Shown here: in pieces, positions 1-7,996 of the stretch
Position numbering within the stretch: the first letter of the stretch is position 1
Layout of the letters: every line of letters begins with the position of its first letter
NCBI GenBank assembly: GCA_036138175.1
Contig: JAZAAK010000047.1
Span: forward strand, 1-63,460
Source: Thermoplasmatota archaeon
Lineage (GTDB): Archaea > Thermoplasmatota > Poseidoniia > Poseidoniales > Thalassarchaeaceae
Direction: 5' to 3'
Length of the DNA: 63,460 bases
Position numbers and translations under genes: made by a program
Notes under the pieces: generated by a model
Database searches by the model: none
Told to the model about the DNA's origin: nothing
What the model saw: the letters and a program-made list of their open reading frames with translations, nothing else

Positions 1-3
1 CAC

Positions 4-81
4 GCTCGTGTAGTGTAGTTCGGTCCATCATGACGGACTCTCGATCCGTCGACCCGGGTTCAAATCCCGGCACGAGCACCA
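4..81 (+). tRNA. tRNA-Glu (anticodon CUC), CCA encoded
   Basis: Cloverleaf read by eye: acceptor GCTCGTG/CACGAGC, anticodon arm ACGGA-CTCTCGA-TCCGT (anticodon CTC), T arm CCGGG-TTCAAAT-CCCGG, discriminator A78, CCA at 79-81. Confidence 0.9.
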
Positions 82-161
82 TAGAACAATTTGAGATTCA
101 ATGGAAATAGAATCCGTCAGAACGGTCTTAAATGCACCTTCGTTGGAGTAGTAAGGTTCAG

Positions 162-1214
162 ATGCGTGTAGAACACGATGTGAAGCTCACTTTTGATGAT
201 GTATTGATTAGACCTAAGCGCAGTACGCTGGTTTCACGATCGGACGTTACTTTGGTCCGCGAATTTACATTCCGTCACTCCGATGCTACGTGGACCGGCG
301 TACCAATTGTTTCTGCGAATATGGACACCACAGGACTATTTAGCGTGGCTGCAGAACTACAGAAACACCAAATGATGACTTGTATGCAAAAATTCTACTC
401 AACCAGAGATTATTCAGCTGCTTGGAAAGATGGAATTGACCCAGAATACGTTGCTGTTACCTGTGGCTCCACCGACAATTCCTTCGATTTACTAAAGCGC
501 AAGATGGATACTAATTCTGGCACTAAATTGATTTGTATTGATGTTGCAAACGGTTATCGTGAGGTGTTTTTGGATTTCGTAAAGAGAGTCAGGAATGAAT
601 TTCCATCCTCAATAATTATCGCCGGTAATGTCGCAACCCGAGAAATGACTGAAGCGTTAATTCTAGCCGGTGCGGACATTGTCAAAGTTGGAATAGGACC
701 AGGTTCGGTATGTACAACTCGAAAAGTAGCAGGTGTCGGTTATCCTCAACTTTCTGCAATTGCAGAATGCGCAGACGCAGCACATGGTTTGGCTGGACAC
801 GTTATGGCCGATGGAGGTTGTTCAAGTCCTGGTGATGTAGCCAAAGCCTTCGCAGCCGGAGCCGACTTCGTAATGTTAGGCGGGATGTTTGCTGGCCATG
901 ATGAATCGGGTGGAGAACTTGTCACTGGAGAAAATGGGAAACAGTACAAGTCATTCTACGGAATGTCTAGCGCCAAGGCTATGGAAACTCACTATGGGGA
1001 AGTTGCAAAGCATCGGGCTCCAGAAGGTAAAGAGGTTCGAGTCCCTTACCGAGGGGCTTTGGAAATTACAGTTCAGGCTATCCTTGGAGGAGTTCGTTCT
1101 GCATGCTCATACGTAGGTGCTCGGCGAATCAAGGACTTGCCAAAATGTACCACATTCATTCGAGTCACTCAAACTACCAATGAAGTTTATCAGAGATTCA
1201 ATGTTGAGGAATAA
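162..1214 (+). CDS. guaC: GMP reductase
   Basis: Near-colinear with E. coli GuaC as I remember it: [23 protein letters not shown]; [18 protein letters not shown]; [18 protein letters not shown]; [32 protein letters not shown] at 162 gives the canonical MRVE N-terminus, so the ORF-track start at 132 is probably too far upstream. Confidence 0.9.
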   Translation: MRVEHDVKLTFDDVLIRPKRSTLVSRSDVTLVREFTFRHSDATWTGVPIVSANMDTTGLFSVAAELQKHQMMTCMQKFYSTRDYSAAWKDGIDPEYVAVTCGSTDNSFDLLKRKMDTNSGTKLICIDVANGYREVFLDFVKRVRNEFPSSIIIAGNVATREMTEALILAGADIVKVGIGPGSVCTTRKVAGVGYPQLSAIAECADAAHGLAGHVMADGGCSSPGDVAKAFAAGADFVMLGGMFAGHDESGGELVTGENGKQYKSFYGMSSAKAMETHYGEVAKHRAPEGKEVRVPYRGALEITVQAILGGVRSACSYVGARRIKDLPKCTTFIRVTQTTNEVYQRFNVEE

Positions 1215-1274
1215 TCAATATTTCATAGATTCTTGTGGGCAAAAGCCTACATCCTAAATTGCTAACAGACAGAT

Positions 1275-2006
1275 GTGGATGAAATCCTAGTAATCGCTGC
1301 TATTGGCGCCTTCTTTGCTGCTGCATTAACGGTCCCAGCCGGGTTTGGGCTTTCGACTATACTTACTCCATTCGCCTTGCTACTAATGCCACCACATGAG
1401 GCTGTTGCAGTAGTTGCCGTTGTACATGGTGCACACAACGCTGCAAAATGCTGGAGTATGTGGGATTCTGTGGATTTAACCGCCTTCAAGCATTATGGAA
1501 TTTGGTTAGTTATTGGTGCGGTATTAGGGGCCATTTTACAGAATGAGGTACCTCAAAATCCTTTATTGGTAATAATCGGATTATTTTTGATTATTCTCCC
1601 AATTCTGACAATATCCGAAAAATGGACTGGATATCGTATTCCAGAAGCAAATGACCGAATCGGCGGATTTGGTTCAGGATTCATGGGTGGGTTGTCTGGT
1701 CACCAAGGAGCTCTGCGTGCAATGTTCCTCACTCGCAGACTACCCGACAAAATGGCTTATGCTGCGACTGCGAGTATTCTTGCACTATGCGTAGATCTCT
1801 CCCGAATTCCTGTTTATCTTATCTTTAGACCTGAGGAACTACTAGCACACTCCCAAATCACGCTGGTTCTAGTCGTCTCGGCAATCATTGGAGTTAGGGT
1901 TGGGAAAAGGTGGTTGAAGGCTTTGAAATCGACATGGATCCATAATGGTGTAATGATTGGAATAGTCGCTAGTGGCATATTCTATATCTGGGAAGGATTG
2001 GCTTAA
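1275..2006 (+). CDS. polytopic membrane protein, TauE/SafE (DUF81)-like anion exporter
   Basis: About 243 aa and almost entirely hydrophobic helices. Gly-rich segments (PAGFGLSTILTP, GGFGSGFMGGLSGHQGA) resemble the two TauE/SafE half-repeats. GTG start. Confidence 0.5.
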   Translation: MDEILVIAAIGAFFAAALTVPAGFGLSTILTPFALLLMPPHEAVAVVAVVHGAHNAAKCWSMWDSVDLTAFKHYGIWLVIGAVLGAILQNEVPQNPLLVIIGLFLIILPILTISEKWTGYRIPEANDRIGGFGSGFMGGLSGHQGALRAMFLTRRLPDKMAYAATASILALCVDLSRIPVYLIFRPEELLAHSQITLVLVVSAIIGVRVGKRWLKALKSTWIHNGVMIGIVASGIFYIWEGLA

Positions 2007-2011
2007 TCCCT

Positions 2012-2485
2012 TCAAATGTCTAATACAACTTGTGCCATCCAGCCAGGTCCTTCAAACGAAGGTACACCCTCAACTCCATCGACAATTTCTCCCAAACCTA
2101 CTTCTCTCACAACAAGGTCATGAAGAGTTACTGCCTTGACCTCGATTTCCAATTCAACGTCTCTAGATTCAACCCACAAAACTTGGGCTCGGAGATATTC
2201 CTCGTCAAGCGATAATTCTGATTCAACCAGCCATTTATCTTCGACGTAAGAATTGTACAATACCTCTTCTAACCATCTGACGAGGGTGCGTTCAATATCT
2301 GCACTACCAAACGGTATATTCCATTCAGTAACATGACGTATGTGTCCCTCTAGATATTCTGATCCTCTATCAGAAAGTTGGATCCCCTGTAGGGCAAGAG
2401 CTGATTCCCTGAGAATACCGGTTGGACTATCTGAGAATGCCCTAAACCCAATATCTGCAGTAGTAGGCATTACCCACCAAGACAT
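2012..2485 (-). CDS. archease (RtcB activator/chaperone)
   Basis: N-terminal TTADIGFRAF (the HTADIG motif region) and C-terminal VKAVTLHDL...GWMAQVVLDI match archaeal archease (Pyrococcus ...VKAITYHDM...GKWMAQLVPDI). Confidence 0.8.
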   Translation of the reverse strand: MSWWVMPTTADIGFRAFSDSPTGILRESALALQGIQLSDRGSEYLEGHIRHVTEWNIPFGSADIERTLVRWLEEVLYNSYVEDKWLVESELSLDEEYLRAQVLWVESRDVELEIEVKAVTLHDLVVREVGLGEIVDGVEGVPSFEGPGWMAQVVLDI

Positions 2486-2540
2486 ATTCTCACCAATGCC
2501 TCTGAGGGGGTGTTATGTGATGAAACCTAAGGGATACGAA

Positions 2541-5500
2541 CTAATCATTCGTACACAATTCTCCTTGACTGGGGAAACTAGTAGGGTCTTTCGGATTTGT
2601 ATTCCATTTATTTTCACACTTGTTATTGTAGCCATCGCCATCAGAATCAACGAATGCATCTGCGGCATCGAATGGGTCGAAATCGAAGTAAAATTCCCAT
2701 CCAGACCACATTCCATCATTATCATGATCTTGGTGGTAAACCTCAGACCCATCAGCCCATCCATCTCCGTCCGTATCAGCTAATACAGGGTCGGTCTTAT
2801 TTTGGAATTCTTCGTAATTTGTATAATTCTCCAAGTCATCATAGAAACGACCTCCCTTATCGGTAGTTGGGTCGATGTGACATTCAGCATTTTGTTGATT
2901 ATCCCAACCTGGACAATACCTATTCAGTAAATGCGTCCGATTCAGACCATCATCATCGAAATCTTCGGAACCGTCATCAATACCATCTAAATCGGAATCG
3001 GGCATTCTTGGATCCATTGGCCCTCTTGCACCGAGAGCATCGAGGGTATTGTTGTCAACCAGACCCAGGCTAATCGCTCTCTCGGATGCAGATACCTCCC
3101 AACCATCAGCTAGTAAATCACCATCTGTGTCATCATCAACAGGGTTGGTGTCCCATCTATCAGGGGCTTCTAGAGCGTTGAGAAGGGTGTCATTATCGAT
3201 ATCAAAATTAGAGTCCGGCATAGAACCGAATGATGGATCTAGAGCCCATCTTCCATCACTTGGGATTGTGAATCCAGTCAAATTCATCTCATGAATGAAA
3301 TATTTAGGGTCAAGAATACCATCTCCATTACGATCTCCAGATGTTTGGAAACCCTTGAGATAACTATCCCAAACCCATCCACCTGGACCAAGTCCACATT
3401 CGACCATACTTGTACATCCAATTGGTAACCAATTCTGAGTGGTTATCCAAAGACTGTGGGAATTTGTATTCTGCTGTACTGAAAATACCTGCATCTCCCA
3501 ACCATCCGGTTGGCCATCATCATCGGTATCATTGTCCAATGGATTTGTTGCAGATTGCCAAGGTCGAGGAATATACAGGACCTCTCCTCCATCTGAAAGT
3601 CCATCATCATCAGTATCTGCATTGTTTGCATGAGTGATGTACTGGTCTTGACCATTGATTACCTCTTCTCCGTCATTCAAACCATCGTTATCCGTATCAA
3701 ACATTGAGGCATTGGTGAAGTAAACTGAACCATTCCACATAAATCCGTCAACGGCTTCAGTAAAGTCTTCCAATCCATCACTATCTGTGTCTCTATCGCT
3801 AGCGTTAGTGAATGTTTCATAATATTCAGTAGAATCAGACAATCCATCTCGATCGGTGTCGTAAACTCCTGGGTCTGAATAAACAGTAACATCTCGAACT
3901 CCCATATCCACGACTCTAATGGTCCAGCCAATAACTTCGATACCATCAATCAGGCCATCGCCGTCTGTGTCCTGAACTAGTGGGTCTGTTGAACGTCCCA
4001 AAATCGCCCAATCTCCTTCTGGCTGATTAAAATCCGAGTCAGGGCTAAATTTAGCCCGATATTCATCTAGATTGGTAAATCGCTCATGATCTTCAACAAC
4101 GATCGCTAGGTCTTGGAGACGACTAGTGACTTCTTGACCTACTTCGACGTTGATTGCGTAACCATATCCTTCGGTTGGTGTTTTGACGGGGATGTTGACA
4201 TATTGGCTGTCCTGAACTGTTCTCACCCACATTATAGTACGATTAACCTGTACGAAATCTCCGATTTCCACAACAATATTGTGTACTGTGGAGATACCGA
4301 CCAAATCAGTGTAGCGAACGACTCCATCGCCATCTGCATCGTAGCCATCTAAATCAGGGTCTTCTTCGGCGTTGCTACCGTCGTTAGGATGAATGCCACT
4401 ATGATACTCCCATCCGTCGGGCATACCATCGCTGTCGGTATCAGCGATTAATGGATTGGTGAAATTGACTGCACCCCAGGTATAGGCCACCTCATATTCT
4501 TCTACATTATTCAAGCCATCTTCATCACCATCGCCGTAGGCGTCGGTGGAATTCGCGGGGTTTAGTAAAGTGTTGTAACAATACTCGAATCCATCAGGCA
4601 TCCCATCGCCATCTGTGTCCCAATCACCCGGCCCATTTAGGCGACCATCGCCATCCATGTCTTCATTGAACCAGGTTAAATCGCCAACTCCGCTCATCAA
4701 ATCAGTGTATGGGGCGTCTAATCGTATGGTTCCGAATTGAGGAACACCACAATGAACTTGTAATTCTTGGGAACCATAACCGACCTCGATTCTATCTGGG
4801 ATTAAATCACCATCGCTGTCTTCCTCCAGTGGATTAGTGTCGTATATTTCCTCAAGATAATTCGGTAATGAATCTGGGCCCTGTCTGTCGATATCTAGAA
4901 CTGAATCACAGGAATGATCGCCGTTTGGGCCAACAGGTAGAGTATTCCAAGTGCTAGTTCCAATGATTAACTGCATTTCAGCCTCAACTTGGGGTGTGAG
5001 TAAAGGACATCCCCAGTTTGGATTCAATGGATCTAATAGAGTCACAGGCCCTTGGGGAGTTTGCACAGTTTCAGTGTAAAGTGATTCCCAGCGGTCATTC
5101 AAACCATCGCCGTCACTATCGCTAGCGGTCGGGTTTGTTCCAATAGCTGCTTCCTGTTCATTGGTTAGGCCGTCTCTGTCTGGGTCGCCGAATGGACCGT
5201 TGTCTGGGTCTGGGAATGTTTCATTTTGTTCACCTGTATCCTCTCCATCAGCATTTGTATTTTCAATATCGGTATCATCAGGCTCCCCACTGTCCAATGG
5301 GTCCAATCCGTTAGCAACTTCCCAGCCGTCTTCTAGGCCGTCGCCATCAGTGTCGGGATTATCGGAATCTGTACCGTAAAGAGTCTGTTCCATCCTATCC
5401 GGAAGACCGTCTTCATCAGAATCTCTACCTGCCTCTTGAGTCTCAGCATCCGAGATTATAACATCCGATCCAGCGGGCTCGAATCCACCAGATTCAGTAG

Positions 5501-5603
5501 TCGAAAGTCCTGCGTCAATTATGGTGTAGAACCCTGCTAGACATAGTGTCACGGCAATCGCCGCAACTGCGTATTGATTGTGATTCAAAGCCAAAATTCT
5601 CAC
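2541..5603 (-). CDS. giant secreted or N-terminally anchored Ca-binding repeat protein (thrombospondin type-3-like repeats), 1020 aa
   Basis: N-terminal hydrophobic helix (AVAAIAVTLCLAGFYTII). Dozens of DxDxDG(L/M)xDxxE units, e.g. DTDGDGLEDGWEVANGLDP, DTDSDGMPDGWEY, DTDGDGLIDGIEV. No C-terminal TM. GTG start at 5603. Confidence 0.8.
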   Translation of the reverse strand: MRILALNHNQYAVAAIAVTLCLAGFYTIIDAGLSTTESGGFEPAGSDVIISDAETQEAGRDSDEDGLPDRMEQTLYGTDSDNPDTDGDGLEDGWEVANGLDPLDSGEPDDTDIENTNADGEDTGEQNETFPDPDNGPFGDPDRDGLTNEQEAAIGTNPTASDSDGDGLNDRWESLYTETVQTPQGPVTLLDPLNPNWGCPLLTPQVEAEMQLIIGTSTWNTLPVGPNGDHSCDSVLDIDRQGPDSLPNYLEEIYDTNPLEEDSDGDLIPDRIEVGYGSQELQVHCGVPQFGTIRLDAPYTDLMSGVGDLTWFNEDMDGDGRLNGPGDWDTDGDGMPDGFEYCYNTLLNPANSTDAYGDGDEDGLNNVEEYEVAYTWGAVNFTNPLIADTDSDGMPDGWEYHSGIHPNDGSNAEEDPDLDGYDADGDGVVRYTDLVGISTVHNIVVEIGDFVQVNRTIMWVRTVQDSQYVNIPVKTPTEGYGYAINVEVGQEVTSRLQDLAIVVEDHERFTNLDEYRAKFSPDSDFNQPEGDWAILGRSTDPLVQDTDGDGLIDGIEVIGWTIRVVDMGVRDVTVYSDPGVYDTDRDGLSDSTEYYETFTNASDRDTDSDGLEDFTEAVDGFMWNGSVYFTNASMFDTDNDGLNDGEEVINGQDQYITHANNADTDDDGLSDGGEVLYIPRPWQSATNPLDNDTDDDGQPDGWEMQVFSVQQNTNSHSLWITTQNWLPIGCTSMVECGLGPGGWVWDSYLKGFQTSGDRNGDGILDPKYFIHEMNLTGFTIPSDGRWALDPSFGSMPDSNFDIDNDTLLNALEAPDRWDTNPVDDDTDGDLLADGWEVSASERAISLGLVDNNTLDALGARGPMDPRMPDSDLDGIDDGSEDFDDDGLNRTHLLNRYCPGWDNQQNAECHIDPTTDKGGRFYDDLENYTNYEEFQNKTDPVLADTDGDGWADGSEVYHQDHDNDGMWSGWEFYFDFDPFDAADAFVDSDGDGYNNKCENKWNTNPKDPTSFPSQGELCTND

Positions 5604-5604
5604 C

Positions 5605-5622
5605 CAACCCCTTACGGGGTTG
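5605..5622 (-). promoter_or_regulatory. perfect 7-bp hairpin CAACCCC-GUAA-GGGGUUG (sense strand), 1 nt upstream of the GTG start
   Basis: Plus strand reads caacccc ttac ggggttg. The 3' arm covers the only purine-rich, SD-like stretch in front of the start. A TTATAT box lies 21 nt upstream of the hairpin on the sense strand, with a 12-nt palindrome TGACTCAAGTCA (5629-5640) in between. Confidence 0.5.
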
Positions 5623-5676
5623 CTCTGTTGACTTGAGTCATGAATATAATGTTTCAGCGATAACGCATCTCTAACA

Positions 5677-6795
5677 TCAGTCTGCTATATCAACGGATGA
5701 GGATAAAAATACGTCAACTGAAACACTGTTGAATCTACACTTTAGTTTCCCACGCCTTCCGTAAGCACGTTCCCAGCAAGCCAATAATACGCCTCCTGAA
5801 ATAGCTGGATGAAATGCATTTTTTATGGTGATTTTTACACCTCCGTGTTCGTCAAATGACTCTGCAGATTCAACCGCTCCTAGACCATTCATCGACAGAT
5901 GTCTGCGCCCTATTCCAATCCAATCATCAGGCTTTGAAATTAAAATATGTAAGCCGGAATCAAAATGCATTTGTCTCATTGAATCAGCCGCTGATGTCCA
6001 CCATAACTTACGTTCGTCATCTTCAATAGGCCATTCGATATCTCGCCTTCCCGATTCAATAGTGGATATGTATGGAAGACAAAACTCTTCAAATCTTAAT
6101 ATGAGGTCTCTGTGAATAATCATTTTTCTTTTATTCATTATTGACCAAACTCCTCTAGATTTTACCCTTAGGTCTTCCCATGATTCTTCTGTCAATTCGT
6201 AATTTACAGAATTGCTATCTGTACATGGCCAGAGAGGAATTATTTGAGAGGGGTTTGGTAAGTCCTTATGATCAAGGGTCAAATTAACAATTAGACCATC
6301 TTGAGAACTCTGAGACCATACAAAACGATGACGTTTTGTTGTAGCAATTTCCCATGCGGAAGTAAGTAAACCTGAGCATATTGGTGATGAGGCGGGACTT
6401 TCAACAAGCAATCTAACTTCGTCATCATCCTCTAATTTTCTATACACTCCAAGGCCTCTTGTTTGCCAATCTAGTAAAATTTCCGTCCAATTCTTAGGGT
6501 CTCTACTAGAGTGGATTTTAACACCTGAATTTTTCAAGAAAAATTCTCCATGCTCTAAAGCCGCATGGGCTAATCTACGACCTAAGCTCTGACCTAGCCT
6601 TTGTTCTAAACCCAAAAACCATATCTCAAATCCCTGGGTGGAGAATCTAGCACCGTAATGATTGATTTTTGAGGAATAATTGTCTTTTATCAATCCGTTA
6701 GAAAGGTATAGCCATCGTTGTTTTATGCTTTCGACAGGGTCAGATGGAGATCTATTTCGATTGAGGAAATCAAAAAATCCCATGCGATCATCCAT
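5677..6795 (-). CDS. hypothetical cytosolic protein, possibly with tandem V4R-like small-molecule-binding domains
   Basis: Long ORF. The ATG at 6795 overlaps the aminotransferase stop by 8 nt (alternative ATG at 6783). Two similar segments (SPICSGLLTSAWEIA and PAISGGVLLACWERA) are weakly reminiscent of V4R domains. The ORF-track start at 6918 lies inside the upstream gene. Confidence 0.5.
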   Translation of the reverse strand: MDDRMGFFDFLNRNRSPSDPVESIKQRWLYLSNGLIKDNYSSKINHYGARFSTQGFEIWFLGLEQRLGQSLGRRLAHAALEHGEFFLKNSGVKIHSSRDPKNWTEILLDWQTRGLGVYRKLEDDDEVRLLVESPASSPICSGLLTSAWEIATTKRHRFVWSQSSQDGLIVNLTLDHKDLPNPSQIIPLWPCTDSNSVNYELTEESWEDLRVKSRGVWSIMNKRKMIIHRDLILRFEEFCLPYISTIESGRRDIEWPIEDDERKLWWTSAADSMRQMHFDSGLHILISKPDDWIGIGRRHLSMNGLGAVESAESFDEHGGVKITIKNAFHPAISGGVLLACWERAYGRRGKLKCRFNSVSVDVFLSSSVDIAD

Positions 6796-7996
6796 TGATG
6801 AATTTGTCAATTCGATCGAAGGCTGTTGATAATACTTCGATGGGAGGCAAGCAGACCATACGAAAATGTCCGGAACCGAATTCAGGAGAGAACCCAGAGC
6901 CATGCACAACCAAAACATGTTGTTGGTGGAGAAGATCTAGAACCCATTGTTTGTCTGAAGTTACGGATTCATCTGTAATCCTGACAAATAGGTAGAAAGC
7001 ACCTCCTGGCGCTTCGCACTCCAATCCATCTATCTGTGAAATTCTATCCTTGCAATAATCTAATCTTTGCTTTACTCTGGACCGATGCCCTTCTAGCCAA
7101 TCATGTTCATCGGTTAAGCCAGCCAAGTAGCCATGCTGGGCGGGAGTAGAAGCACACAAGCGACTTCTCAATAGTCTCTCAACTCCATCACGAACCAACT
7201 CTAGCCGTCCTTCAGGGTCATGCCATGCCATGTAGCCAATACGCCAACCTGGAGCGAAGTATACCTTAGAAACCCCATTTAGAACGATTACTGGAGAGGA
7301 TTTCGATCTTGAGGCTATGGAGCAGAGTTTGTCTGTGAAATCAAGTGCATCGTAGATTTCATCAGCAATAATGGTGCACTTGGGATATTCTTTGGTGATC
7401 TCTAGTAAGGTATCTATTTCAGAAGCAGTGACTACATTTCCTGTAGGATTATTTGGATTAATTATTACAAGTAGACGAACACTATCGTCCATCTTGGCTT
7501 TGATATCTTCCAGATCAATTCGCCAGCCATCGTTTGGATTGAGGCGATATTCAATTGTGCTAGCGCCATACATCTGAGGATAAGCCATGTAGGGAGGATA
7601 ATGAGGACCTGGAGCCAGTACTTTTGACCCCTCTTCTAGAAATGCGGCGAAGATTATTTGCAGGGCTTCGGTTACTCCGTGTGTAACATACACATCATCT
7701 TCTGAACAATCCCAGCCTTTGCCGGATTCAGCTTTGGCAATCGCCTGCCTAAGAGAAGGAATTCCGTATGAAGGTCCGTAGCCATTATCCTGAGAATCCA
7801 ATGCCTGTTTGTAGGCAGAAATCATATGTTCAGGAGTTGGTAATCCTTCGTATGCCAATGGGTCTCCAATGTTTAGCCGAATAATTTCATGCCCTTGTTT
7901 CTCCAACTCAACGGCAGGAACTACTACATCTCTAATCGCATATTCGATTGCAGCGGCACGCGCAGAAACATCAACTTGTTCGACCATTTCTGTCAC
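6788..7996 (-). CDS. class I/II PLP aminotransferase (Asp/Ala aminotransferase-like)
   Basis: Motifs NPNNPTGNV and GVSKVYFAPGWRIGY (PLP lysine region), about 400 aa. The GTG start overlaps the alaS stop as GTGA (alternative ATG at 7987). Confidence 0.85.
   Translation of the reverse strand: MTEMVEQVDVSARAAAIEYAIRDVVVPAVELEKQGHEIIRLNIGDPLAYEGLPTPEHMISAYKQALDSQDNGYGPSYGIPSLRQAIAKAESGKGWDCSEDDVYVTHGVTEALQIIFAAFLEEGSKVLAPGPHYPPYMAYPQMYGASTIEYRLNPNDGWRIDLEDIKAKMDDSVRLLVIINPNNPTGNVVTASEIDTLLEITKEYPKCTIIADEIYDALDFTDKLCSIASRSKSSPVIVLNGVSKVYFAPGWRIGYMAWHDPEGRLELVRDGVERLLRSRLCASTPAQHGYLAGLTDEHDWLEGHRSRVKQRLDYCKDRISQIDGLECEAPGGAFYLFVRITDESVTSDKQWVLDLLHQQHVLVVHGSGFSPEFGSGHFRMVCLPPIEVLSTAFDRIDKFING

Noticed and set aside
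2541-5603. Repetitive DNA encoding DxDxDG units (also 52900-55000), considered as a possible CRISPR-like or tandem DNA repeat
   Set aside because: The repeats are degenerate at the DNA level and in-frame within long ORFs, with no constant repeat or spacer periodicity. They are protein-level thrombospondin type-3 repeats.
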